Origin: Terriglobia bacterium
GTDB taxonomy: Bacteria > Acidobacteriota > Terriglobia > 20CM-2-55-15
Reading direction: 5' to 3'
Assembly: GCA_965218585.1 (NCBI GenBank)
Contig: CBDCLE010000010.1
Location: 32,001 to 96,000 of the forward strand
Length of the DNA stretch: 64,000 nt
Part shown: one piece after another, positions 10,259-20,909 of the stretch
Layout: each line of letters begins with the position of its first letter
Numbering within the stretch: position 1 is the stretch's first letter
Made by a program: the position numbers and the translations under genes
The notes under the pieces: generated by a model
Seen by the model: only the letters and a program-made list of their open reading frames with translations
Database searches by the model: none
What the model was told of the DNA's origin: nothing

Positions 10259-12221
10259 TTGAGGAACAACGGTTTGAAGCACACACCGCATATCAGGAAG
10301 CGACGTTGGACACGGGGAATATACGTTGTAGGAACCGGTGCCCTGCTCTGGCTCACAACATCGCTCTCCGGACAGTCGTTCGGCCTTCAAATACCGACGT
10401 CGGAGTTTGGCCTAAGTACATTTCTGCACTCGAGTGCGTTGACACCCTCGGCGGCCGAACAGCAAGCTGAACTTTCAGCAATAACAGAAAGCGTCGCTCA
10501 ATATATCAGTCCCGTCATCATACGCAGCGCTCCGGTATTACCCTCGCCGAGAAACAACTTCATCGATGAGCATATCTTCAGCCGCATCGAGAGCGCAGGC
10601 ATCGAACCGGCGCCGTTCAGTTCCGATACAGAATTTTTCAGACGCGTCAAAATGGATCTCACCGGACGCATCCCACAACCGAACCAGATCATTGATTTCG
10701 TCAACGATACCAATCCCGCCAAGCGGAATACGCTGATCGACGAACTCATTGGCTCTGCCGAATTCACCGACAAGTGGACAATGTTCTTCGGTGACTTGTT
10801 CAAGTTGAATGGGCCGGCCACAAACGTCAATCGGTTCACGCAGGGTCGGGACGCTTTCTATCTCTATCTCAAAGACTCGATCTCGCAGAACAAGCCTTAC
10901 GACCTTCTGGTCCAGGAGATGATCACCGCTACCGGCGACAACCACTCTTCGGGGGCGGTGAATTTCCCTGTCGGCGGCATCGTTCCCATGGGGCCACTCC
11001 AGGATACATATGATGGACAGGCGGTCCAGGTCGCGTCCATGTTTCTGGGAATCCAGGTTGTCGACTGTTTGCTCTGCCACGACGGTGTGGGCCATCTCGA
11101 AGAAGTCAACCTTTGGGGGTACCGCCAGACGCGCTCTAACATGTGGGGCCTGTCTTCCTTCTTCGCTCAAACACAGATGCGACGCGAAAGGCTCAGTACT
11201 CAACCGCGCCTGATTCGCTACAACGTTACAGACAATACGAATCCACGACTCGCCTACCGTCTCAACACGACCGACGGCAATCGTAGCATCCGGTCTGCAG
11301 TCGACGGGGTGAGCGTCGTTGTCCCCAAGTATCCGTTCACACTTTCCTCCACCGATACTGGAGAAGTAGCAGAAGGCGAAAACAGGCGTGAGGCCCTGGC
11401 CGACTTCATCACCGGAGATATCCAGTTTGCACGCGCGATCGTGAACTACATCTGGGAAGAGCTCATGGTGGAAGAGTTTGTAACTCCCTCCAACGCTTTC
11501 GACCTTGACCGACTGGACCCGAACAATCCGCCCCCGGAGCCATGGACGATTCAACCCACGAATCCGGAATTGCTTGAGGCCATGGCCGAGTGGCTCGGGC
11601 AGAACAATTTTGACCTGAGGCAATTGATCGCGCTGATTACAAAGTCCCGGACATACCAGTTGTCGGGGGCATACCCGACCGAATGGCTTCCCGAATACGC
11701 CGTATTACGCTCGGAAATTCGCCCGCAGACTCGACGCCGAAGAAATTCATGATGCAGTGATGATTGCCACCGGTGTCGGGGCCAACTATCCGATACGCGC
11801 CCGGACCGGAACCGTTCTGGGACCTTTTCAGTGGGCCATGCAGCTACCGGATACCCGAGAACCGCTGACAAACAGAAGGGTCCGGCTGTTTCTGGATTCC
11901 CTTGGACGGGGCGACAGGGATCAGACCACGCGATCCTCGGACAGTTCGGCGCTTCAGGCCCTCAATTTGATGAATCACAGTTTCGTCATGGACCGGATCG
12001 ACGCAGATATCCCAACCGGATCAATCGCAGAAATACTGTCTGCAACGCTGGATCCGGTTGAAATCATCAGGCAGCTGTACCTGCATACTCTCTCCAGGTT
12101 CCCGTCCGATGGTGAAATTACGTTGCTGCTTCCCATGATGGCGCAATTGGGCGCCGAAGCCGGCGCCGAATCGTTGCAGTGGGTACTGCTCAACAAGCTG
12201 GATTTTGTTTTTAATTATTGA
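10259..12221 (+). pseudogene. DUF1549/DUF1553 protein, frameshifted near 11699
   Basis: NFIDEHI, FFRRVKMDLTGRIP and CLLCHD. The conserved RRLDAEEIHDA continues in the shifted frame that joins ORF 11757-12221. Confidence 0.85.
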
Positions 12222-12231
12222 CGGAACACAC

Positions 12232-13572
12232 ATGACCACGCGCATCAACAGACGGACGCTCCTGAAGACGGCAATGGCCGGAATGACCGGCTACTTTGCG
12301 TCGCCGCTGGAAACACTCGCAGGATCGAGTGTGACCGCACAGGGCGTTCCAACGCTCGGCACGGCACGAAATGTGATTTTCATTCTAATGGCGGGCGCGC
12401 CGAGTCAGGTGGACACGTTTGATTTGAAGGTGGACTCGTCGACACCGGCCGATTTCAATCCAACGACGGTTGGCGCCATGGATTTCCCTGAAGGGCTGTT
12501 ACCGAACGTCACACAGCAGCTCGACAAGATTGCCGTCGTGCGCAGCATGCAATCGACTGCGTTGGTCCACCCGCTACTTCAACAATGGACCCAGATCGCG
12601 AGAAGTCCGACCAGTGCGACTGGCTCGATCGCACCCAACATAGGCTCGATCGTGGCTCTGGAGTCTGAAGCGGGCCGACGGAGCGACCAGCCCCTCCCCG
12701 GCTTCGTTTCACTCAACACGGGCGGCAGAATCGCGAAGCAAGGTTATTTCGGGGGACTCTACGCGCCGTTCGACGCCGTTGCCGACCCGGAAGGTCTGGA
12801 GGGACTGACCAACCCGGTAGGCGAAGATCTCTTCAATGCGCGCTACGACATGCTCCAGCTACTGGATTCGCGAAACCGACAACCGTCCGTGTACGGAACG
12901 GTTCTGGAAGAAATGCACGATTTCTATTCGAGTGCCCGCCGCATGATGTATGAACCTGAGGTTCAGGCAGCATTTGAGTTCACCACGTCGGACTCGGAAC
13001 GTTACGGCAGCACAAACTTCGGTGACTCGTGCGTGGTGGCCCGGAATATCCTTGCCGCAGACCTGGGAACTCACTACGTCCAGATTAATTCCGGAGGATG
13101 GGATCACCATCAGGACATCTACCTTGAAGGCGCGGGAATCTACGCTCGGGCCGAGGAATTCGACCCGGCACTTTCGAATCTCCTTGCCGACCTGGCCAGC
13201 ACACCGGGCAGCGCAGGAAATACATTGCTCGATGACACGCTAATCATTGCAAAGGGCGAGTTCGGACGCACGGTAGGTGGCCTGACCAGTCAAAGCGGGC
13301 GGGACCACTACTTCGTGCACTTCGCGATGTTCGCGGGTGGAGGCATAGTCGGTGGGCGGGTCGTCGGAAAGACCACACCAGACGGACGTTTTGTCGAAGA
13401 TCCCGGATGGTCCGGCAATCGGCCGGCAACCGCCGAAGATGTCGCCGCGACGATCTATTCCGCGTTGGGAATCGACCACACAACTGTCCTCGAGAACGAT
13501 CCGCTGGGACGCGGATTCCGTTACACTCCATCGACTCCCTGGGAGTCCACCCCGATCACGGAATTATTCTAG
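12232..13572 (+). CDS. DUF1501 family protein (Tat signal)
   Basis: NRRTLLK Tat motif, GAPSQVDTFD, GGWDHH, GEFGRT and GRDHY. Confidence 0.92.
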   Translation: MTTRINRRTLLKTAMAGMTGYFASPLETLAGSSVTAQGVPTLGTARNVIFILMAGAPSQVDTFDLKVDSSTPADFNPTTVGAMDFPEGLLPNVTQQLDKIAVVRSMQSTALVHPLLQQWTQIARSPTSATGSIAPNIGSIVALESEAGRRSDQPLPGFVSLNTGGRIAKQGYFGGLYAPFDAVADPEGLEGLTNPVGEDLFNARYDMLQLLDSRNRQPSVYGTVLEEMHDFYSSARRMMYEPEVQAAFEFTTSDSERYGSTNFGDSCVVARNILAADLGTHYVQINSGGWDHHQDIYLEGAGIYARAEEFDPALSNLLADLASTPGSAGNTLLDDTLIIAKGEFGRTVGGLTSQSGRDHYFVHFAMFAGGGIVGGRVVGKTTPDGRFVEDPGWSGNRPATAEDVAATIYSALGIDHTTVLENDPLGRGFRYTPSTPWESTPITELF

Positions 13573-13806
13573 GAAGATCTCCTCTTCTTCCTCAGGAAAA
13601 TCATCAAATATGTAGATGCCGCTCGCCCGCTGAAGCGCACAGAGTGGGCAATCCTCTTCAAAATATTCTCTCGGATCGAACGCTTCTGTTCGTGACCGAA
13701 CACGGGCACCGTCTGGATGGTCCAGATGTACGAGAACAAAACCATCCTTGCGAGACACGGTCGCATCAGCCCCGTAACGGGCACGGATCTCCTCGTCTGA
13801 AAACAT
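13564..13806 (-). CDS. Small acidic hypothetical protein with CPLC motif
   Basis: 80-aa ORF with protein-like composition, DCPLC and an acidic tail. Confidence 0.6.
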   Translation of the reverse strand: MFSDEEIRARYGADATVSRKDGFVLVHLDHPDGARVRSRTEAFDPREYFEEDCPLCALQRASGIYIFDDFPEEEEEIFLE

Positions 13807-13954
13807 GATGTTAAGTAATGAGAGCGCATCTCATCGCGGCTCGGTTCAACCAGCTGAGTGCACTCGAACAGGAAAGGGTGAGTACTATTCTAATGCAAAC
13901 TGAGCAGGGACAGAGAAACTTCGGGAAGGTCTGCCTCGATCTGACAGCTGACGA

Positions 13955-13993
13955 CTCGGCTCCGCCTCGTTGTCCATCCGCACCGGGAGACCG
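13955..13993 (+). repeat. Partial copy of the dispersed structured element
   Basis: 13955-13984 is identical over 30 nt to 18944-18973. Confidence 0.8.
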
Positions 13994-14031
13994 GGGTGGC
14001 GAAACGTCAACTGACTTGCTTGTCGACCAAA

Positions 14032-14388
14032 CTACACGCGCCCGTAATCATCCTCGAATCTTTCGATATCACCCTCACCCAGGTACGCTCCGCGTTGCAC
14101 CTCGATGAAGATCAGGTCGTCACTTCCCGAATTCTCGATGCGGTGCCGAGCACCGAGTGGAACATCCATGCTGTCGCCCGGCGACAATCTTGTTTCACGG
14201 CCATCCAATGTCGCCAATGCCTCCCCACTGACAACTGTCCAGTGTTCGGACCGGGATGCGTGGCGCTGATAACTGAGCCGGTTCTTCGGAAGAACGACGA
14301 TGCGTTTAACCTTGTATCCGGTGTCCTCATCGAGCACCGTGAAGGTTCCCCACGGACGATGGTCGGTCTTCGGATCAGATGCAGACAT
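14032..14388 (-). CDS. Mannose-6-phosphate isomerase type II C-terminal cupin protein
   Basis: RPWG, LSYQRH, SEHWTVV, HRIEN, IEVQRGAYLGEGDIERFEDDYGR. Confidence 0.9.
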   Translation of the reverse strand: MSASDPKTDHRPWGTFTVLDEDTGYKVKRIVVLPKNRLSYQRHASRSEHWTVVSGEALATLDGRETRLSPGDSMDVPLGARHRIENSGSDDLIFIEVQRGAYLGEGDIERFEDDYGRV

Positions 14389-14533
14389 CGGCTTTTTCCC
14401 TAGGACAATAATTCGGTTCAAGGAATTGCAGTAATTGACCGTATCCCTATTGAATAGGAACTTGACTCCACAACGCCATGTCGTAACCTATCTAAGATAG
14501 AAAACTTGCTTCTCTAACTGAGAAAGGATTCTC

Positions 14534-16803
14534 ATGCTTGTACGCTTCTGGGGGACCCGAGGCTCGATACCCACCCCCGGGCCGGGAACAGCCCGGTACG
14601 GGGGCAACACTTCCTGCGTCGAACTTCAAAGCGAAGACGGCAACCTGTTCGTCTTCGACTGTGGCACCGGCATCCAGGAGTTGGGGCTTTCGCTTCTCGG
14701 CAGGTCGGCCCCCCCCCCCCCGAGAATCCATATACTGATCGGACATACGCACTGGGACCACATCCAGGGTTTCCCTTTCTTCACGCCCGTGTTTCTTCCA
14801 GGAACTGAAATCAATATCTACGCTCCTCTGGGCTTCCAGAGAAGCCTTGAAGATGCGATGGCCGGGCAGATGCAGTACTCCTATTTCCCCGTAAAGCTGC
14901 AGGACCTGTCCAGCCGTATCCACTACACCGAAATGGATGAAGGATTTTTTCGCATCGGGAACTGCCTGGTAGAAACACAGTATCTCAACCATACGGCACC
15001 AACGATCGCATATCGTATCACCGAAGGATCGACCAGCGTCGCCTACGTTACCGACCACGAACCATTCTGGCAATCTTCGGGCCCGGTGTTCCGGCATCCG
15101 GGAGATCAACTCCATGTCGAGTTCATTCGCGACGTCGATCTCCTTATCCACGACGCTCAGTATTCGGAAGAAGAGTACAAAGGCAAGGTGGGGTGGGGAC
15201 ACAGCCCGATTGGATATGTCCGGGATGTCGCACTCGCAGCCGACGCCAAACGCCTGGCCTTATTTCATCATGACCCGACGCACGACGATGCCTGGATTGA
15301 AGAAGTAGAACAGGGCCTCCGCGAATCACTGGCTGGACACGATCCTCCTATTGACGTCTTCGCTGCCGCGGAACGCATGGAGTTGGAAATTCAGGGCAAG
15401 GGCCTTCATTCGGAGATCAGCCCCGAATCGGCATTGGTACATCGCTCCACCCTGGGCCAGCGCGTATTGCTCGTCAGCCCTGATCAAAACGACTTCACTT
15501 TGATGGAGCGCACGCTTGTAGAAGACGGTCTGATTCTGATGCCGGCCACGGACGCGTCAGGCGCACTGAAACGGGGAAAGGAATTCGCGCCTGCTGTGGC
15601 GATCGTCGATGGCAGTGCGTTGGAGGCCGACCCGCAGTTTGTTCAGACACTGCGGCAAAACATCGGAAATGCGGATTTGCCGGTTATTCTGCTGACAGAA
15701 GGTCACGACCTCGAAAGCACGTCATCTGGTTTCAACGAAGCCACCGACTACCTCGAGCGGCCGTTCAGTCCGCCGATGCTGCGATCTCGTGTCCGGGCAT
15801 GGATTTCCCGCACTGTCCTGGAGAAGGGGCTGGCACTAACTTCAGATGCCGGAAAAAGCAAGCCGTTAGCGCCGCCCGTCTCGGAAACAGCAGATAGAAA
15901 CTACACGGACGTTCTTCGGAAAACAGAACTCTTTCAGCACCTGGACCCGGCACAACTCGAGGACCTTATATCCAACGCGAGCGAACAGGTCTTCCCTCCC
16001 GGCTACCCGATCCTTAACGAAGGCGACAAGGGAACCAGCGTCTTCATCATCGCTTCCGGGCGCGTTCGAATCGTGGAAGCCGTACCGGACGGTCCTGCCG
16101 ACATGTTTCTGGACGAACTCGGACCGGGAGAGATTTTCGGAGAGATTGGCTTTCTCAGGGATACCCCCCGTTCGGCAACTGTCGCAACCCTGGAGCAAAC
16201 GAGGTGTCTGGTCCTGCCGCAGAAAGATTTCCTGACGACCCTGGAGGCCTCCCCCGCGTTGTGCATCGCGTTATTGCGAGTCCTGGCGGGTCGTCTGGCC
16301 GAGGCCGACCGCCTCCTGGCGCGGTACGCTCCCGATCCGCTGACCGGCCTAACCGGCCGTCGCGCGTTTCATGACCTGTACCACAAGCTTTCAGCGGGAG
16401 CTCGCAGACGCGGTAACGGAGCCATCCTTCTACTGATCGACATCGACAACCTGAGCGGTGTCAATGATGCGTTCGGATATGCAGTCGGAGATGATGTCCT
16501 GAAAGCGACGGCCGAGGCTCTGATGCAGTCCTCGAGAAGCACGGACCTGGTGCGCGGTATGGGAGTGATGAGTTTGCCGTATTGCTGATGGACGCGGACG
16601 CTGCAGTCTGCGATCAGATTACCGGAAGGGTCAGCGAACACCTGGCAAAGCTAGCCCAACGTAAGGAACTTCCCGTCGGCATCCGCTACGACGTCGGTAT
16701 CGCCATGAGTGATGAGGCACCGGAGACAGTGGATGGATTACTTCGGAAAGCCGACGAAGAAATCCAGAAGAAGAAAGCGCGAAAGACCCAGACGACACCT
16801 TAG
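14534..16803 (+). pseudogene. MBL-fold hydrolase + REC + cNMP-binding + GGDEF protein, frameshifted near 16553
   Basis: GTRGSIP, HTHWDHIQG and WGHS; REC-like region; FGEIG...PRSATV; DPLTGL and IDIDN; RYGSDEF appears in the shifted frame. Confidence 0.85.
14709..14721 (+). repeat. C13 homopolymer inside a CDS
   Basis: Run of 13 C encoding APPPP. Confidence 0.9.
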
Positions 16804-16903
16804 GTGTAAGACGACTTCCGCGTTCATTTCCGAAGAATTCACTGACAACTTCCTCCTGGATTTAGCTATCCTAGTTGGATTCTGAACCCACCGAGGAGGA
16901 AGC

Positions 16904-18832
16904 GTGCCCGATCAGAGTCCGGAGCATAAACCCTACATCTCCGCTTCAACTTCACTTCCCGAAATCACGATAAAGTCGCTCTTCCTCGGCATCATCCTTG
17001 CGATCGTCCTGGGTGCGGCCAATGCTTACCTTGGACTCTTTGCAGGCCTCACCGTCTCGGCATCGATCCCTGCTGCCGTCATTTCGATGGCTCTTCTACG
17101 GTCTTTCAAGAACTCGAACATTCTTGAGAACAACATTGTTCAAACTGCGGCCTCCGCAGGAGAAAGTGTGTCGGCAGGGGTTATTTTCACGATTCCGGCT
17201 CTGGTTATTCTTGGCACATGGACCGAGTTCAACTACTGGGAGACAACCATGATCGCGGGCTTTGGAGGGTTTCTGGGCGTCCTGTTCACCATTCCTCTCC
17301 GCCGCGCACTGATCATTGAAACCCCGCTGCGCTTTCCCGAAGGCGTTGCGACTGCGGAGGTTCTGAAAGTCGGTGAAGGTGGCGGCACGGGCGTTCGCAA
17401 CATCGCAGCCGCAGGAGCCATCGGAGCCATCTTCAAACTGGGTGAAACCGGCTTCCGCTTGTGGGGCGGTGTCATTGAACAGGCGACCTACGCCGGCGGT
17501 ACGATCCTTTATATTGGAAGCAACCTTTCCCCGGCCCTTATCGGTGTCGGCTACATCGTGGGCCTGAACATTGCCGCTCTCGTGTTTATCGGGGGCGCAC
17601 TCAATTGGTTCGTTGCTATTCCGATACTTGCCCTCGTGAACGGGATCGCTCCGGATGAATCCGCCGTCAGCGCGGCCGGTGTCCTCTGGTCCACCCAAAC
17701 GCGCTATCTCGGCGTGGGTGCCATGGTGGTGGGTGGTCTATGGGCCCTGGTAAAACTGCGGACCAGTTTGATTCAGGGAATCCGGTCCGGAGCTGCGGCT
17801 TACCGGAAGACGCGCGATGGCGGGATGGCGGCAACTGGTCGCACGGAGAGGGACATGCCCATGCAGTGGATTGGTATCGCCATAGCCCTATCGGTGATCC
17901 CTCTCTATTTCATCTTCAATCACATCACAGGAGAACCAGCGATCTCAGCTGCAATGGCGGTCATCATGCTCGTCGCGGGGTTCCTGTTTTCAGCGGTGGC
18001 GGCCTACATGGGTGGACTCGTCGGCTCGTCGAACAATCCGATTTCCGGTGTCACCATCGCCACGATTCTCAGTTCAGCGCTGCTACTGTTGGTGTTCCTG
18101 GGTGGAGACAGCCCTATTGGCCCAGCATCTGCGATCCTGATCGGTTCCGTGGTATGTTGCGCCGCGGCAATGGCCGGCGACAACATGCAGGACCTCAAGG
18201 CCGGATACCTGGTAGGAGCCACTCCCTACAAACAACAGATTGTTCAAGGAGTGGGCGTTATTTCAGCGGCAGTCGTCATCGCGCCGACGTTGACGCTCCT
18301 ACTGGAGGCTTACGGAATCGGCATCCCGACCGAGGCTCATCCCGAGCCTCTGGCGGCGCCCCAGGCCACTCTGATGGCTTCAGTGGCTCAGGGTGTATTT
18401 CGGGGAGGATTGCCAGTCGGCATCGTCGCCATCGGAATGGTGATTGCCGTCGCCGTTATCGCACTGGACCTTTACCTGGAGCGGAAACAAGCAAACTTCA
18501 GAACACCTGTGCTTGCTCTTGCCGTAGGCATCTATCTTCCCCTGGAACTTTCGGTGCCTATTGTTATCGGGGGATTGATTGCCCATCGTGCCGGACGCAT
18601 AAGAACTGGCACCGAAGATCGGGGCGTTCTGTTTGCAGCAGGTCTGATCACAGGGGAAGCCCTGATCGGGATCGCGATGGCGATACCGATCGTCATCTAC
18701 GGCCGTGCAGACATCCTGGCCTTCTGGGGAGTTTATGATGGGAATATTCCCGGGGTCGTCCTGCTTGCCCTCGTCGCTTTCCTTCTCTATCGCGCGGGTG
18801 TCTGGTCGGAATCGTCTGGGGAAAATTCGTAA
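16904..18832 (+). CDS. OPT family oligopeptide transporter
   Basis: SASIPAAVIS, ENNIVQT, FPEGVATAEVL, SSNNPISG and MQDLKAG; many TM segments. Confidence 0.95.
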   Translation: MPDQSPEHKPYISASTSLPEITIKSLFLGIILAIVLGAANAYLGLFAGLTVSASIPAAVISMALLRSFKNSNILENNIVQTAASAGESVSAGVIFTIPALVILGTWTEFNYWETTMIAGFGGFLGVLFTIPLRRALIIETPLRFPEGVATAEVLKVGEGGGTGVRNIAAAGAIGAIFKLGETGFRLWGGVIEQATYAGGTILYIGSNLSPALIGVGYIVGLNIAALVFIGGALNWFVAIPILALVNGIAPDESAVSAAGVLWSTQTRYLGVGAMVVGGLWALVKLRTSLIQGIRSGAAAYRKTRDGGMAATGRTERDMPMQWIGIAIALSVIPLYFIFNHITGEPAISAAMAVIMLVAGFLFSAVAAYMGGLVGSSNNPISGVTIATILSSALLLLVFLGGDSPIGPASAILIGSVVCCAAAMAGDNMQDLKAGYLVGATPYKQQIVQGVGVISAAVVIAPTLTLLLEAYGIGIPTEAHPEPLAAPQATLMASVAQGVFRGGLPVGIVAIGMVIAVAVIALDLYLERKQANFRTPVLALAVGIYLPLELSVPIVIGGLIAHRAGRIRTGTEDRGVLFAAGLITGEALIGIAMAIPIVIYGRADILAFWGVYDGNIPGVVLLALVAFLLYRAGVWSESSGENS

Positions 18833-18916
18833 CAGGCCAACTTTAGTCTTCAGCTGATTCCCAGACCCGACGATAGTCTTATTCGACTGAGTTGAGATCG
18901 AGCGATCATCGTGCTC

Positions 18917-19116
18917 GATTTGATCGTTTTCCGGCACCCACGCCTCGGCTCCGCCTCGTTGTCCATCCGCACCAGAGACCGATGCGGATCCTTCAGGACC
19001 TGCTTCAACGAACCGATATGCTGAAGGGCTTGCAATCAGGATGATTGCGAGCGTCGCCCTGCTTTCACATTAAAGACTCGGCCAGGATGGCCGTAAGAAC
19101 GACCGAGCGAAATCTT
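18917..19116 (+). repeat. Dispersed structured element, full copy 1 (two CAGGATG-capped hairpins)
   Basis: Collinear with 53158-53393 and shows compensatory stem changes; strand not established. Confidence 0.75.
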
Positions 19117-19136
19117 AGGTCGCGAACTACGGCTTC

Positions 19137-19967
19137 TTACCTCAGAACCTGTTCCAGCGAAGTCGACGCGTCGGTCTTTTCGTCGCGGTACTTGACGATT
19201 ACAGGCGCATAGACCGAGACACCGTTCTGGGCAGCAAAGTCACCCCTGGCAGGCCGCGTGCCCGGAACAAGAACGGCACCTGCCGGGATGGTCAGCGGAG
19301 TGTCGCCCGTGCGTTGGTAGATGGTCTCCCGGACGGTGTCGTATACGCGGACGCCGCCGGTCAGCAGAACTCCCGGCGCGAGCACAGCCCGTTCACCGAC
19401 GATGACGCCTTCATACACACCGCAGTTTCCTCCCACGAACGCATCATCTTCTACGATGACTGGAAGCGCCCCCGGGGGTTCTAAGACGCCGCCAATCTGC
19501 GCGGCAGCGGAGAGGTGGACCCTTTTACCTACCTGAGCGCATGAACCGACCAACGCGTGGGAGTCCACCATGGAGCCGTCATCGACCCAGGCGCCGATAT
19601 TGATGAACATCGGCGGCATACAGATCACGTTCTTCCCGATGTAAGCGCCATCACGAATGCTGGACCCACCGGGAACGACCCGGGGATCGGAATCGGTCCT
19701 ATGCCGAAGCGGCAACGTGTCCTTGTCCAGGAATCGAAATTCTTCAGATAAATCTCTTTCGGCGTTCGTCCCTACTCGAAAGGCCAGCAGAATACCCCGC
19801 TTCACCCAAGCATTGGTCCGCCATACGCCATCAACCTTCTCTGCGGCGCGGTAATGTCCCTGATTGAGTCCGTCCCGAAATTCGGCTACGACACCCAGCC
19901 CTTCTGCCCGGGCCTTCTCAGCCGGCATTGCTATCAGTCGATCTATGTCGTTCTGTATATCAGCCAT
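19137..19967 (-). CDS. dapD: Tetrahydrodipicolinate N-succinyltransferase
   Basis: WVKRGILL, VGSCAQVG and IGGVLEP hexapeptide region; in dap operon. Confidence 0.93.
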   Translation of the reverse strand: MADIQNDIDRLIAMPAEKARAEGLGVVAEFRDGLNQGHYRAAEKVDGVWRTNAWVKRGILLAFRVGTNAERDLSEEFRFLDKDTLPLRHRTDSDPRVVPGGSSIRDGAYIGKNVICMPPMFINIGAWVDDGSMVDSHALVGSCAQVGKRVHLSAAAQIGGVLEPPGALPVIVEDDAFVGGNCGVYEGVIVGERAVLAPGVLLTGGVRVYDTVRETIYQRTGDTPLTIPAGAVLVPGTRPARGDFAAQNGVSVYAPVIVKYRDEKTDASTSLEQVLR

Positions 19968-20880
19968 TCGTGCCCTTCGGGATGCCCTGCTCGACGCCCA
20001 ACTCCAGATCCGATGCAATCGCTCGCAAAATTTCCCGCGTCTCGGCCGAAGGTTTCGTCAGCGGCAAACGATAGGTTTCCTCCATGAGCCCCATCATGGC
20101 CAGAACAGCTTTGACGGGAACAGGATTACTCTCGATGAAATTCGCCTGCATCAGCGGAAGCAATCGATACTGCAGCTTCCGAGCCGCGGCAAAATCGCCC
20201 TCTAGCGCAAGGGTGACGAGTTCCCCAAACATCTGAGGAACCTCATTGGAAAGAACCGAAACAACTCCGTCCCCACCGGCCGCTATCATGGGGAGCGTCA
20301 GGGCATCGTCACCCGACAACACACGAAATCCGTCCCCTCGGCATCGGATGATCTCCATGATCTGGTCGAAATTTCTCGACGCCTCCTTCACAGCAACGAT
20401 CCCTGGAAGCTCAGCTAAACGCAGCGTCGTCTCAGCTGTGATGTTGCCACTGGTTCTCCCGGGAACGTTGTAGATCACGACAGGCAGATCGTTAACCTCG
20501 GTCACGGCTTTGAAATGCTCGTAAAATCCCTTCTGAGAAGGCTTGTTGTAGTAAGGACCCACCGACAGGATCGCATCGGCGCCAAGTTCCCCAGCACGCC
20601 GCGTGAGGCGCAGTGCCCGGGCGGTCGAATTGCAACCCGCACCGGCAATCACCAGAACCCTTCCCGCAACAAGTTCGACCACGCGCGCTATGACGCGCTC
20701 CCACTCGTCGGATTCCAGCGTGGCTCCCTCTCCGGTGGTGCCACAGGGCAGAATCATGTCGATGCCACCTTCAATCTGAAACTCGACCAGGCGGGCCAGG
20801 GCATCCTCGTCTACACTCATGTCCTGGGCAAACGGTGTCACTAGCGCGGTTCCCGTACCTTGAAATTTTTCTTTAGACAT
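19960..20880 (-). CDS. dapA: 4-hydroxy-tetrahydrodipicolinate synthase
   Basis: GTTGE, YNVPGRT, VKEAS and NPVPVK. Confidence 0.96.
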   Translation of the reverse strand: MSKEKFQGTGTALVTPFAQDMSVDEDALARLVEFQIEGGIDMILPCGTTGEGATLESDEWERVIARVVELVAGRVLVIAGAGCNSTARALRLTRRAGELGADAILSVGPYYNKPSQKGFYEHFKAVTEVNDLPVVIYNVPGRTSGNITAETTLRLAELPGIVAVKEASRNFDQIMEIIRCRGDGFRVLSGDDALTLPMIAAGGDGVVSVLSNEVPQMFGELVTLALEGDFAAARKLQYRLLPLMQANFIESNPVPVKAVLAMMGLMEETYRLPLTKPSAETREILRAIASDLELGVEQGIPKGTNG

Positions 20881-20909
20881 GCTTCGTTACCTGATTGATT
20901 AGTAACATC

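Noticed and set aside
18850-19035. 61-aa minus ORF (also 52974-53375 and 13818-14108)
   Set aside because: Overlaps the structured repeat, and the frame is not conserved between copies
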